DNA of 64,000 nucleotides, taken from contig OZ024758.1 of NCBI GenBank assembly GCA_964016885.1, positions 28,210,001-28,274,000 of the forward strand, written 5' to 3'. Shown piece by piece: positions 21,691 through 37,600 of this stretch; within the stretch, counting starts at the first letter, position 1, and the number at the start of each line of letters is the position of its first letter. The stretch comes from Eledone cirrhosa. Lineage: Eukaryota. The notes under the pieces are model-generated. The model ran no database searches, was not told the origin of the DNA, and was given only the letters and a program-made list of their open reading frames with translations. Made by a program: the position numbers and the translations under genes.

Positions 21691-22060
21691 CTCCTCCAAT
21701 TCTCCTGCTTTTCCACTCTATATGTTCACTTCCCTCCCTGTCACCATGGTCCTCTCTTTCTCTCCAGGTTTACAATTCTCTCTTTCCCTTCTTTCCTTCT
21801 TTCTCTCCACATTTAGTCTCTTTACATATTTCACCCCCCCCCCCCCTCTCTCTCTTATGCTGTTCTCTATTTTTTTATTCTCAATCTGTTCTCGTCTTTC
21901 AAGCCCCCTTCTTTCTTATTTTCTTTTAATAATATTCGGCTATCTCAAAAAGGGATTTTAATATAGATCCCTTTTTCATTGATTTAAGTTTAAGGAGTAT
22001 TTTTAACACATTTTACGAATATTCTATTTAATCAGTGCTCCCAGACTCCGAAATGAAATT

Positions 22061-22260
22061 GTGCCTATAATGAACATAACACATTAAATAGTATCTATAA
22101 TGGGATGAACATTATCACATTAAATAGTGCCTATAATGAGGGGAACATTATCACATTAAATAGTGCCTATAATGAGGGGAACATAACACATTAAATAGTG
22201 TCTATAATGAGGGGAACATAACACATTAAATAGTGTCTGTAATGGGATGAAAATTATCAC
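22061..22260. repeat. 35-36 bp tandem repeat, about 5.5 copies
   Basis: acattaaatagt recurs at 22081, 22117, 22153, 22188 and 22223. Confidence 0.9.
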
Positions 22261-22419
22261 AATTTTAAGCTTCTTTTCAATACAAACAACATAAATACAG
22301 ATTATGTCATATTCTGTGATGAAAGGCATAATTAATTGCAGTTAATGTTTGTCTAATCACAACATTCTGTAGATAACAGCCTGTTTATGAGGTTCCTTCT
22401 CACGTTTTAGATGCTGTGG

Positions 22420-22625
22420 CAGAGGTGATGTGGGTCACCGCATCTCTACTCGAACGGAATAAATTTCTAACATACTGTGATTTATCGGTAAAATGTATTT
22501 TTCAGCCTGTGACATTCGAGGATTTTGTTATTGTTGGCAGCTCGGCACGCCTTATCAGATGATGTTCAGGTGGGTGCTTGGCTATTCCAACGACTTAGTC
22601 TCGCTATCGCTTGTGACACCGTGTA
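22420..22625 (+). pseudogene. Decayed C-terminus of a CRE-like (restriction-like endonuclease) non-LTR retrotransposon
   Basis: Reads LERNKFLTYCDLSVKCIFQPVTFE...GAWLFQRLSLAIA, matching the E..K...Y.DL...F.P...E...QRLSLAI pattern of CRE-clade RLE ends. Confidence 0.6.
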
Positions 22626-25600
22626 ACTGAGTAGTATGCCCATCTTTTCCGTTTCTATTCCCTGGCTATTTTTTTTTTTGTTTAGTTTGTAAATCATATT
22701 TATGTTAGGGAATCATGTAACCAGAGACGAAACTAGGGTATAGCAATCATGGCACGTGTCATAGTTGCCTCATGAAGGGGGCGCCACTTGGACTAGGAGC
22801 ACGTTCTATTAAAGTCAAATATGCTTCATTGGAGGGAGAAAAAAGAAACTCCTTCAGATGATTATTCCCATGCCTTGAGACACATGAGGCAGCCAAAGTG
22901 CTCCAATGACCACAGTCAGTTACATCTATCAATATATCCCATGTCTTGAGACACATGAGGCAGCCAAAGTGCTCCAATGACCACAGTCAGTTACATCTAT
23001 CAATACATCCCATGCCTTGAGACACATGAGGCAGACAAAGTGTTCCAATGACCACCACAGTCAGTTACATCTATCAATACATCCCATGTTTTGAGACACA
23101 TGAGGCAGCCAAAGTGCTCCAATGACCACAGTCAGTTACATCTATCAATACATCCCATGTCTTGAGACACATGAGGCAGCCAAAGTGCTCCAATGACCAC
23201 AGTCAGTTACATCTATCAATACATCCCATGTCTTGAGACACATCAGGCAGCCAAAGTGCTCCAATGACCACCACAGTCAGTTACATCTATCAATACATCC
23301 CATGTCTTGAGACACATGAGGCAGCCAAAGTGCTCCAATGACCACGGTCAGTTACATCTATCAATACATCCCATATCTTGAGACACACGAGGCAGCCAAA
23401 GTGTTCCAATGACCACCACAGTCAGTTACATCTATCAATACATTCCATGTCTTGAGACACACGAGGCAGCCAAAGTGCTCCAATGACCACGGTCAGTTAC
23501 ATCTATCAATACATCCCACGTCTTGAGACACATGAGGCAGACAAAGTGCTCCAATGACCACAGTCAGTTACATCTATCAATACATCCCATGTCTTGAGAC
23601 ACATGAGGCAGACATAGTGTTCCAATGACCACAGTCAGTTACATCTATCAATACATCCCATGTCTTGAGACACATGAGGCAGACATAGTGTTCCAATGAC
23701 CACAGTCAGTTACATCTATCAATACATCCCACGTCTTGAGACACATGAGGCAGACAAAGTGCTCCAATGACCACCACAGTCAGTTACATCTATCAATACA
23801 TCCCATGTCTTGAGACACATGAGGCAGACAAAGTGCTCCAATGACCACAGTCAGTTACATCTATCAATACATCCCATGTCTTGAGACACATGAGGCAGAC
23901 ATAGTGTTCCAATGACCACAGTCAGTTACATCTATCAATACATCCCATGTCTTGAGACACATGAGGCAGACATAGTGTTCCAATGACCACAGTCAGTTAC
24001 ATCTATCAATACATCCCATGTCTTGAGACACATGAGGCAGCCAAAGTGCTCCAATGACCACAGTCAGTTACATCTATCAATACATCCCATGTCTTGAGAC
24101 ACATGAGGCAGACATAGTGTTCCAATGACCACAGTCAGTTACATCTATCAATACATCCCATGTCTTGAGACACACGAGGCAGCCAAAGTGCCCCAATGAC
24201 CACAGTCAGTTACATCTATCAATACATCCCATGTCTTGAGACACATGAGGCAGCCAAAGTGTTCCAATGACCACGGTCAGTTACATCTATCAATACATCC
24301 CATGTCTTGAGACACACGAGGCAGCCAAAGTGCCCCAATGACCACAGTCAGTTACATCTATCAATACATCCCATGTCTTGAGACACATGAGGCAGCCAAA
24401 GTGCTCCAATGACCACAGTCAGTTACATCTATCAATACATCCCATGTCTTGAGACACACGAGGCAGCCAAAGTGCCCCAATGACCACAGTCAGTTACATC
24501 TATCAATACATCCCATGTCTTGAGACACATGAGGCAGCCAAAGTGCCCCAATGACCACAGTCAGTTACATCTATCAATACATCCCATGTCTTGAGACACA
24601 TGAGGCAGCCAAAGTGTTCCAATGACCACGGTCAGTTACATCTATCAATACATCCCATGTCTTGAGACACACGAGGCAGCCAAAGTGCCCCAATGACCAC
24701 AGTCAGTTACATCTATCAATACATCCCATGTCTTGAGACACATGAGGCAGCCAAAGTGCTCCAATGACCACAGTCAGTTACATCTATCAATACATCCCAT
24801 GTCTTGAGACACACGAGGCAGCCAAAGTGCCCCAATGACCACAGTCAGTTACATCTATCAATACATCCCATGTCTTGAGACACATGAGGCAGCCAAAGTG
24901 CCCCAATGACCACAGTCAGTTACATCTATCAATACATCCCATGTCTTGAGACACATGAGGCAGCCAAAGTGTTCCAATGACCACGGTCAGTTACATCTAT
25001 CAATACATCCCATGTCTTGAGACACACGAGGCAGCCAAAGTGCCCCAATGACCACAGTCAGTTACATCTATCAATACATCCCATGTCTTGAGACACACGA
25101 GGCAGCCAAAGTGCCCCAATGACCACAGTCAGTTACATCTATCAATACATCCCATGTCTTGAGACACATGAGGCAGCCAAAGTGCTCCAATGACCACAGT
25201 CAGTTACATCTATCAATACATCCCATGTCTTGAGACACATGAGGCAGACATAGTGTTCCAATGACCACAGTCAGTTACATCTATCAATACATCCCATGTC
25301 TTGAGACACAGGAGGCAGCCAAAGTGCCCCAATGACCACAGTCAGTTACATCTATCAATACATCCCATGTCTTGAGACACATGAGGCAGCCAAAGTGTTC
25401 CAATGACCACGGTCAGTTACATCTATCAATACATCCCATGTCATGAGACACATGAGGCAGACATAGTGTTCCAATGACCACAGTCAGTTACATCTATCAA
25501 TACATCCCATGTCTTGAGACACATGAGGCAGACAAAGTGCTCCAATGACCACAGTCAGTTACATCTATCAATACATCCCATGTCTTGAGACACATGAGGC

Positions 25601-28600
25601 AGCCAAAGTGCTCCAATGACCACAGTCAGTTACATCTATCAATACATCCCATGTCTTGAGACACATGAGGCAGCCAAAGTGCTCCAATGACCACAGTCAG
25701 TTACATCTATCAATACATCCCATGTCTTGAGACACATGAGGCAGCCAAAGTGCTCCAATGACCACAGTCAGTTCCATCTATTAATAGATCCCATATCTTG
25801 AGACACACGAGGCAGCCAAAGTGCTCCAATGACCACCACAGTCAGTTACATCTATCAATACATCCCATGCCTTGAGACACATGAGGCAGCCAAAGTGCTC
25901 CAATGACCACAGTCAGTTACATCTATCAATACATCCCATGTCTTGAGACACATGAGGCAGCCAAAGTGCTCCAATGACCACAGTCAGTTACATCTATCAA
26001 TACATCCCATGTCTTGAGACACATGAGGCAGACATAGTGTTCCAATGACCACAGTCAGTTACATCTATCAATACATCCCATGTCTTGAGACACATGAGGC
26101 AGACATAGTGTTCCAATGACCACAGTCAGTTACATCTATCAATACATCCCATGTCTTGAGACACATGAGCAGACAAAGTGCTCCAATGACCACAGTCAGT
26201 TATATCTATCAATACATCCCATGTCTTGAGACACATGAGGCAGCCAAAGTGCTCCAATGACCACAGTCAGTTACATCTATCAATACATCCCATGCCTTGA
26301 GACACATGAGGCAGCCAAAGTGCTCCAATGACCACAGTCAGTTACATCTATCAATACATCCCATGTCTTGAGACACATGAGGCAGACGAAGTGCTCCAAT
26401 GACCACCACAGTCAGTTACATCTATCAATACATCCCATGCCTTGAGACACATGAGGCAGCCAAAGTGCTCCAATGACCACAGTCAGTTACATCTATCAAT
26501 ACATCCCATGTCTTGAGACACATGAGGCAGCCAAAGTGTTCCAATGACCACGGTCATTTACATCTATCAATACATCCCATGTCTCGAGACACATGAGGCA
26601 GACAAAGTGCTCCAATGACCACGGTCAGTTACATCTATCAATACATCCCATGTCTTGAGACACATGAGGCAGCCAAAGTGTTCCAATGACCACGGTCATT
26701 TACATCTATCAATACATCCCATGTCTCGAGACACATGAGGCAGCCAAAGTGCTCCAATGACCACAGTCAGTTACATCTATCAATACATCCCATGTCTTGA
26801 GACACATGAGGCAGCCTAAGTGTCCCAATGACCACGGTCAGTTACATCTATCAATACATCCCATGTCTTGAGACACATGAGGCAGCCAAAGTGCTCCAAT
26901 GACCACAGTCAGTTACATCTATCAATACATCCCATGTCTTGAGACACATGAGGCAGCCAAAGTGCTCCAATGACCACAGTCAGTTACATCTATCAATACA
27001 TCCCATGTCTTGAGACACATGAGACAGCCAAAGTGCTCCAATGACCACAGTCAGTTACATCTATGAATACATCCCACATATTGAGACACATGAGGCAGCC
27101 AAAGTGTTCCAATGACCACAGTCAGTTACATCTATCAATACATCCCATGTCTTGAGACACATGAGGCAGCCAAAGTGTTCCAGTGACCACAGTCAGTTAC
27201 ATCTATCAATACATCCCATGTCTTGAGACACATGAGGCAGCCAAAGTGCTCCAATGACCACAGTCAGTTACATCTATCAATACATCCCATGCCTTGAGAC
27301 ACATGAGGCAGCCAAAGTGCTCCAATGACCACGGTCAGTTACATCTATCAATACATCCCATGTCTTGAGACACATGAGGCAGACAAAGTGTTCCAATGTC
27401 CACGGTCAGTTCCATCTATCAATACATCCCATGCCTTGAGACACATGAGGCAGGCAAAGTGTTCCAATGACCACACTCAGTTACATCTATCAATACATCC
27501 CATGTCTTGAGACACACGAGGCAGCCAAAGTGCTCCAATGACCACCACAGTCAGTTACATCTATCAATACATCCCATGTCTTCAGACACATGAGGCAGAC
27601 AAAGTGCTCCAATGACCACAGTCAGTTACATCTATCAATACATCCCATGTCTTGAGACACATGAGGCAGACAAAGTGCTCCAATGACCACAGTTAGTTAC
27701 ATCTATCAATACATCCCATATCTTGAGACACACGAGGCAGCCAAAGTGCTCCAATGACCACCACAGTCAGTTACATCTATCAATACATCCCATGTCTTGA
27801 GACACATGAGGCAGCCAAAGTGCTCCAATGACCACAGTCAGTTACATCTATCAATACATCCCATGTCTTGAGACACATGAGGCAGCCAAAGTGCTCCAAT
27901 GACCACAGTCAGTTACATCTATCAATACATCCCATGTCTTGAGACACATGAGGCAGCCAAAGTGCTCCAATGACCACAGTCAGTTACATCTATCAATACA
28001 TCCCATGTCTTGAGACACATGAGGCAGCCAAAGTGCTCCAATGACCACAGTCAGTTACATCTATCAATACATCCCATGTCTTGAGACACATGAGGCAGAC
28101 AAAGTGTTCCAATGACCACAGTCAGTTACATCTATCAATACATCCCATGTCTCGAGACACATGAGGCAGCCAAAGTGCTCCAATGACCACGGTCAGTTAC
28201 ATCTATCAATACATCCCATGTCTTGAGACACATGAGGCAGCCAAAGTGCTCCAATGACCACAGTCAGTTACATCTATCAATACATCCCATGTCTTGAGAC
28301 ACATGAGGCAGACAAAGTGTTCCAATGACCACAGTCAGTTACATCTATCAATACATCCCATGTCTTGAGACACATGAGGCAGCCAAAGTGCTCCAATGAC
28401 CATGGTCAGTTACATCTATCAATACATCCCATGTCTCGAGACACATGAGGCAGCCAAAGTGCTCCAATGACCACGGTCAGTTACATCTATCAATACATCC
28501 CATGTCTTGAGACACATGAGGCAGCCAAAGTGCTCCAATGACCACAGTCAGTTACATCTATCAATACATCCCATGTCTTGAGACACATGAGGCAGACAAA

Positions 28601-31600
28601 GTGTTCCAATGACCACAGTCAGTTACATCTATCAATACATCCCATGTCTTGAGACACATGAGGCAGCCAAAGTGCTCCAATGACCACGGTCAGTTACATC
28701 TATCAATACATCTCATGTCTTGAGACACATGAGGCAGCCAAAGTGCTCCGATGACCACAGTCAGTTACATCTATCAATACATCCCATGTCTTGAGACACA
28801 TGAGGCAGCCAAAGTGCTCCAATGACCACAGTCAGTTACATCTATCAATACATCCCATGTCTTGAGACACATGAGGCAGCCAAAGTGTTCCAGTGACCAC
28901 AGTCAGTTACATCTATCAATACATCCCATGTCTTGAGACACATGAGGCAGCCAAAGTGCTCCGATGACCACAGTCAGTTACATCTATCAATACATCCCAT
29001 GTCTTGAGACACATGAGGCAGCCAAAGTGCTCCAATGACCACAGTCAGTTACATCTATCAATACATCCCATGTCTTGAGACACATGAGGCAGCCAAAGTG
29101 TTCCAGTGACCACAGTCAGTTACATCTATCAATACATCCCATGTCTTGAGACACATGAGGCAGCCAAAGTGCTCCAATGACCACGGTCAGTTACATCTAT
29201 CAATACATCCCATGTCTTGAGACACATGAGGCAGCCAAAGTGCTCCAATGACCACGGTCAGTTACATCTATCAATACATCCCATGCCTTGAGACACATGA
29301 GGCAGCCAAAGTGCTCCAATGACCACCGTCAGTTACATCTATCAATACATCCCATGTCTTGAGACACATGAGACAGACAAAGTGTTCCAATGTCCACGGT
29401 CAGTTCCATCTATCAATACATCCCATGCCTTGAGACACATGAGGCAGGCAAAGTGTTCCAATGACCACACTCAGTTACATCTATCAATACATCCCATGTC
29501 TTGAGACACATGAGGCAGACAAAGTGCTCCAATGACCACAGTCAGTTACATCTATCAATACATCCCATGTCTTGAGACACATGAGGCAGCCAAAGTGCTC
29601 CAATGACCACAGTCAGTTACATCTATCAATACATCCCATGTCTTGAGACACACGAGGCAGCCAAAGTGCTCCAATGACCACCACAGTCAGTTACATCTAT
29701 CAATACATCCCATGTCTTCAGACACATGAGGCAGACAAAGTGCTCCAATGACCACAGTCAGTTACATCTATCAATACATCCCATGTCTTGAGACACATGA
29801 GGCAGACAAAGTGCTCCAATGACCACAGTCAGTTACATCTATCAATACATCCCATGTCTTGAGACACACGAGGCAGCCAAAGTGCTCCAATGACCACCAC
29901 AGTCAGTTACATCTATCAATACATCCCATGTCTTGAGACACATGAGGCAGACAAAGTGCTCCAATGACCACAGTCAGTTACATCTATCAATACTTCCCAT
30001 GCCTTGAGACACATGAGGCAGCCAAAGTGCTCCAATGACCACAGTCAGTTACATCTATCAATACATCCCATGTCTTGAGACACATGAGGCAGCCAAAGTG
30101 CTCCAATGACCACAGTCAGTTACATCTATCAATACATCCCATGTCTTGGGACACATGAGGCAGACATAGTGTTCCAATGACCACAGTCAGTTACATCTAT
30201 CAATACATCCCATGTCTTGAGACACATGAGGCAGACATAGTGTTCCAATGACCACAGTCAGTTACATCTATCAATACATCCCATGTCTTGAGACACATGA
30301 GGCAGACAAAGTGCTCCAATGACCACAGTCAGTTACATCTATCAATACATCCCATGCCTTGAGACACATGAGGCAGCCAAAGTGCTCCAATGACCACAGT
30401 CAGTTACATCTATCAATACATCCCATGTCTTGAGACACATGAGGCAGCCAAAGTGCTCCAATGACCACGGTCAGTTACATCTATCAATACATCCCATGTC
30501 TTGAGACACATGAGGCAGCCAAAGTGTTCCAATGACCACAGTCAGTTACATCTATCAATACATCCCATGTCTTGAGACACATGAGGCAGCCAAAGTGCTC
30601 CAATGACCACAGTCAGTTACATCAATCAATACATCCCATGTCTTGAGACACATAAGGCAGCCAAAGTGCTCCAATGACCACAGTCAGTTACATCTATCAA
30701 TACATCCCATGTCTTGAGACACATGAGGCAGCCAAAGTGCTCCAATGACCACGGTCATTTACATCTATCAATACATCCCATGTCTCGAGACACATGAGGC
30801 AGACAAAGTGCTCCAATGACCACAGTCAGTTACATCTATCAATACATCCCATGCCTTGAGACACATGAGGCAGCCAAAGTGCTCCAATGACCACGGTCAG
30901 TTACATCTATCAATACATCCCATTCCTTGAGACACATGAGGCAGCCAAAGTGTTCCAATGACCACGGTCAGTTACATCTATCAATACATCCCATGTCTTG
31001 AGACACATGAGGCAGCCAAAGTGCTCCAATGACCACAGTCAGTTACATCTATCAATAATTCCCATGCCTTGCGACACATGAGGCAGCCAAAGTGCTCCAA
31101 TGACCACGGTCAGTTACATCTATCAATACATCCCATGTCTTGAGACATATGAGGCAGCCAAAGTGCTCCAATGACCACGGTCAGTTACATCTATCAATAC
31201 ATCCTATGCCTTGAGACACATGAGGCAGCCAAAGTGCTCCAATGACCACGGTCAGTTACATCTATCAATACATCCCATTCCTTGAGACACATGAGGCAGC
31301 CAAAGTGCTCCAATGACCACGGTCATTTACATCTATCAATACATCCCATGTCTCGAGACACATGAGGCAGACAAAGTGCTCCAATGACCACAGTCAGTTA
31401 CATCTATCAATACATCCCATGCCTTGAGACACATGAGGCAGCCAAAGTGCTCCAATGACCACGGTCAGTTACATCTATCAATACATCCCATTCCTTGAGA
31501 CACATGAGGCAGCCAAAGTGTTCCAATGACCACGGTCAGTTACATCTATCAATACATCCCATGTCTTGAGACACATGAGGCAGCCAAAGTGCTCCAATGA

Positions 31601-34600
31601 CCACAGTCAGTTACATCTATCAATAATTCCCATGCCTTGCGACACATGAGGCAGCCAAAGTGCTCCAATGACCACGGTCAGTTACATCTATCAATACATC
31701 CCATGTCTTGAGACATATGAGGCAGCCAAAGTGCTCCAATGACCACGGTCAGTTACATCTATCAATACATCCCATTCCTTGAGACACATGAGGCAGCCAA
31801 AGTGTTCCAATGACCACGGTCAGTTACATCTATCAATACATCCCATGTCTTGAGACACATGAGGCAGCCAAAGTGCTCCAATGACCACAGTCAGTTACAT
31901 CTATCAATAATTCCCATGCCTTGCGACACATGAGGCAACCAAAGTGCTCCAATGACCACGGTCAGTTACATCTATCAATACATCCCTTGTCTTGAGACAC
32001 ATGAGGCAGACAAAGTGTTCCAATGACCAGCACGGTCAGTTACATCTATCAATACATCCCATGTCTTGAGACACATGAGGCAGCCAAAGTGCTCCAATGA
32101 CCACAGTCAGTTACATCTATCAATACATCCCATGTCTTGAGACACATGAGACAGACAAAGTGTTCCAATGACCACCATGGTCAGTTACATCTATCAATAC
32201 ATCCTATGCCTTGAGACACATGAGGCAGCCAAAGTGCTCCAATGACCACAGTCAGTTACATCTATCAATACATCCCATGTCTTGAGACACATGAGGCAGC
32301 CAAAGTGTTCCAATGACCACCATGGTCAGTTACATCTATCAATACATCCTATGCCTTGAGACACATGAGGCAGCCAAAGTGCTCCAATGACCACGGTCAG
32401 TTACATCTATCAATATATCCCATGTCTTGAGACACACGAGGCAGACAAAGTGCTCCAATGACCACAGTCAGTTCCATCTATCAATACATCCCATGTCTTG
32501 AGACACATGAGGCAGCCAAAGTGCTCCAATGACCACGGTCAGTTACATCTATCAATAATTCCCATGCCTTGCGACACATGAGGCGGCCAAAGTGCTCCAA
32601 TGACCACAGTCAGTTACATCTATCAATACATCCCATGTCTTGAGACACATGAGGCAGCCAAAGTGCTCCAATGACCACAGTCAGTTACTTCTATCAATAC
32701 ATCCCATGCCTTGAGACACATGAGGCAGACAAAGTGCTCCAATGACCACAGTCAGTTACATCTATCAATACATCCCATGTCTTGAGACACATGAGGCAGC
32801 CAAAGTGTTCCAATAACCACAGTCAGTTACATCTATCAATACATCTCATGTCTTGAGACACATGAGGCAGCCAAAGTGCTCCAATGACCACAGTCAGTTA
32901 CATCTATCAATACATCCCATGTCTTGAGACACACGAGGCAGCCAAAGTGCCCCAATGTCCACGGTCAGTTACATCTATCAATACATCCCATGTCTTGAGA
33001 CACATGAGGCAGCCAAAGTGCCCCAATGACCACAGTCAGTTACATCTATCAATACATCCCATGTCTTGAGACACATGAGGCAGCCAAAGTGCTCCAATGA
33101 CCACAGTCAGTTCCATCTATCAATACATCCCATGTCTTGAGACACATGAGGCAGCCAAAGTGCTCCAATGACCACAGTCAGTTACATCTATCAATACATC
33201 CCATGCCTTGAGACACATGAGGCAGCCAAAGTGCTCCAATGACCACGGTCAGTTACATCTATCAATACATCCCATGTCTTGAGACACATGAGGCAGCCAA
33301 AGTGCTCCAATGACCACAGTCAGTTACATCTATCAATACATCCCATGTCTTGAGACACATGAGGCAGCCAAAGTGCTCCAATGACCACAGTCAGTTACAT
33401 CTATCAATACATCCCATGTCTTGAGACACATGAAGCAGCCAAAGTGCTCCAATGACCACAGTCAGTTACATCTATCAATACATCCCATGTCTTGAGACAC
33501 ATGAGGCAGCCAAAGTGCTCCAATGACCACAGTCAGTTACATCTATCAATACATCCCATGTCTTGAGACACATGAGGCAGCCAAAGTGCTCCAATGACCA
33601 CGGTCATTTACATCTATCAATACATCCCATGTCTCGAGACACATGAGGCAGACAAAGTGCTCCAATGACCACAGTCAGTTACATCTATCAATACATCCCA
33701 TGCCTTGAGACACATGAGGCAGCCAAAGTGCTCCAATGACCACGGTCAGTTACATCTATCAATACATCCCATTCCTTGAGACACATGAGGCAGCCAAAGT
33801 GTTCCAATGACCACGGTCAGTTACATCTATCAATACATCCCATGTCTTGAGACACATGAGGCAGCTAAAGTGCTCCAATGACCACAGTCAGTTACATCTA
33901 TCAATAATTCCCATGCCTTGCGACACATGAGGCAGCCAAAGTGCTCCAATGACCACGGTCAGTTACATCTATCAATACATCCCATGTCTTGAGACATATG
34001 AGGCAGCCAAAGTGCTCCAATGACCACGGTCAGTTACATCTATCAATACATCCTATGCCTTGAGACACATGAGGCAGCCAAAGTGCTCCAATGACCACGG
34101 TCAGTTACATCTATCAATACATCCCATTCCTTGAGACACATGAGGCAGCCAAAGTGCTCCAATGACCACGGTCATTTACATCTATCAATACATCCCATGT
34201 CTCGAGACACATGAGGCAGACAAAGTGCTCCAATGACCACAGTCAGTTACATCTATCAATACATCCCATGCCTTGAGACACATGAGGCAGCCAAAGTGCT
34301 CCAATGACCACGGTCAGTTACATCTATCAATACATCCCATTCCTTGAGACACATGAGGCAGCCAAAGTGTTCCAATGACCACGGTCAGTTACATCTATCA
34401 ATACATCCCATGTCTTGAGACACATGAGGCAGCCAAAGTGCTCCAATGACCACAGTCAGTTACATCTATCAATAATTCCCATGCCTTGCGACACATGAGG
34501 CAGCCAAAGTGCTCCAATGACCACGGTCAGTTACATCTATCAATACATCCCATGTCTTGAGACATATGAGGCAGCCAAAGTGCTCCAATGACCACGGTCA

Positions 34601-37600
34601 GTTACATCTATCAATACATCCTATGCCTTGAGACACATGAGGCAGCCAAAGTGCTCCAATGACCACGGTCAGTTACATCTATCAATACATCCCATTCCTT
34701 GAGACATATGAGGCAGCCAAAGTGTTCCAATGACCACGGTCAGTTACATCTATCAATACATCCCATGTCTTGAGACACATGAGGCAGCCAAAGTGCTCCA
34801 ATGACCACAGTCAGTTACATCTATCAATAATTCCCATGCCTTGCGACACATGAGGCAGCCAAAGTGCTCCAATGACCACAGTCAGTTACATCTATCAATA
34901 CATCCCATGTCTTGAGACACATGAGGCAGACAAAGTGTTCCAATGACCAGCACGGTCAGTTACATCTATCAATACATCCCATGTCTTGAGACACATGAGG
35001 CAGCCAAAGTGCTCCAATGACCACAGTCAGTTACATCTATCAATACATCCCATGTCTTGAGACACATGAGATAGACAAAGTGTTCCAATGACCACCATGG
35101 TCAGTTACATCTATCAATACATCCTATGCCTTGAGACACATGAGGCAGCCAAAGTGCTCCAATGACCACAGTCAGTTACATCTATCAATACATCCCATGT
35201 CTTGAGACACATGAGGCAGCCAAAGTGTTTCAATGACCATGGTCAGTTACATCTATCAATACATCCCATGTCTTGAGACACATGAGGCAGCCAAAGTGTT
35301 CCAATGACCACAGTCAGTTACATCTATCAATACATCCCATGTCTTGAGACACATGAGGCAGCCAAAGTGTTCCAATGACCATGGTCAGTTACATCTATCA
35401 ATACATCCCATGTCTTGAGACACATGAGGCAGCCAAAGTGTTCCAATGACCACAGTCAGTTACATCTATCAATACATCCCATGTCTTGAGACACATGAGG
35501 CAGACAAAGTGTTCCAATGACCATGGTCAGTTACATCTATCAATACATCCCATGTCTTGAGACACATGAGGCAGCCAAAGTGTTCCAATGACCATGGTCA
35601 GTTACATCTATCAATACATCCCATGTCTTGAGACACATGAGGCAGCCAAAGTGTTCCAATGACCACAGTAAGTTACATCTATCAATACATCCCATGTCTT
35701 GAGACACATGAGGCAGCCAAAGTGCTCCAATGACCACAGTCAGTTACATCTATCAATACATCCCATGCCTTGAGACACATGAGGCAGCCAAAGTGTTCCA
35801 ATGACCACAGTCAGTTACATCTATCAATACATCCCATGTCTTGAGACACATGAGGCAGCCAAAGTGTTCCAATGACCACAGTCAGTTACATCTATCAATA
35901 CATCCCATGCCTTGAGACACATGAGGCAGCCAAAGTGCTCCAATGACCACAGTCAGTTACATCTATCAATACATCCCATGCCTTGAGACACATGAGGCAG
36001 CCAAAGTGTTCCAATGACCACAGTCAGTTACATCTATCAATACATCCCATGTCTTGAGACACATGAGGCAGCCAAAGTGTTCCAATGACCACAGTCAGTT
36101 ACATCTATCAATACATCCCATGTCCTGAGACACATGAGGCAGCCAAAGTGTTCCAATGACCACAGTCAGTTACATCTATCAATACATCCCATGTCTTGAG
36201 ACGCATGAGGCAGCCAAAGTGTTCCAATGACCACGGTCAGTTACATCTATCAATACATCCCATGCCTTGAGACGCATGAGGCAGCCAAAGTGTTCCAATG
36301 ACCACAGTCAGTTACATCTATCAATACATCCCATGCCTTGAGACGCATGAGGCAGCCAAAGTGCTCCAATGACCACAGTCAGTTACATCTATCAATACAT
36401 CCCATGTCTTGAGACACATGAGGCAGCCAAAGTACTCCAATGACGACGGTCATTTACATCTATCAATACATCCAATGCCTTGAGACACATGAGGCAGCCA
36501 AAGTGCTCCAATGACCACAGTCAGTTACATCTATCAATACATCCCATGTCTTGAGACACATGAGGCAGCCAAAGTACTCCAATGACGACGGTCATTTACA
36601 TCTATCAATACATCCCATGCCTTGAGACACATGAGGCAGCCAAAGTGCTCCAATGACCACGGTCAGTTACATCTATCAATACATCCCATGTCTTGAGACG
36701 CATGAGGCAGCCAAAGTGCTCCAATGACCACAGTCAGTTACATCTATCAATACATCCCATGTCTTGAGACACATGAGGCAGCCAAAGCGCTCCAATGACC
36801 ACAGTCAGTTACATCTATCAATACATCCCATGTCTTGAGACACATGAGGCAGACAAAGTGTTCCAATGACCACAGTCAGTTACATCTATCAATACATCCC
36901 ATGTCTTGAGACACATGAGGCAGACAAAGTGTTCCAATGACCACAGTCAGTTACATCTATCAATACATCCCATGTCTTGAGACACATGAGGCAGACAAAG
37001 TGTTCCAATGACCACGGTCAGTTACATCTATCAATACATCCTATGCCTTGAGTCACATGAGGCAGCCAAAGCGCGCCAATGACCACAGTCAGTTACATCT
37101 ATCAATACATCCCATGTCTTGAGACACATGAGGCAGACAAAGTGTTCCAATGACCATGGTCAGTTACATCTATCAATACATCCCATGTCTTGAGACACAT
37201 GAGGCAGCCAAAGTGTTCCAATGACCACAGTCAGTTACATCTATCAATACATCCCATGTCTTGAGACACATGAGGCAGCCAAAGTGTTCCAATGACCACA
37301 GTCAGTTACATCTATCAATACATCCCATGTCTTGAGACACATGAGGCAGCCAAAGTGTTTCAATGACCATGGTCAGTTACATCTATCAATACATCCCATG
37401 TCTTGAGACACATGAGGCTGCCAAAGTGTTCCAATGACCACAGTCAGTTACATCTATCAATACATCCCATGTCTTGAGACACATGAGGCAGCCAAAGTGT
37501 TCCAATGACCATGGTCAGTTACATCTATCAATACATCCCATGTCTTGAGACACATGAGGCAGCCAAAGTGTTCCAATGACCACAGTCAGTTACATCTATC

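Noticed and set aside
20513-21961. Leu/Ser-rich ORFs resembling membrane proteins
   Set aside because: Translations of the CT-rich minisatellite.
23150-23220. 71-bp monomer as a hammerhead satellite (newt or schistosome type)
   Set aside because: Neither strand has the CUGANGA plus GAAA core.
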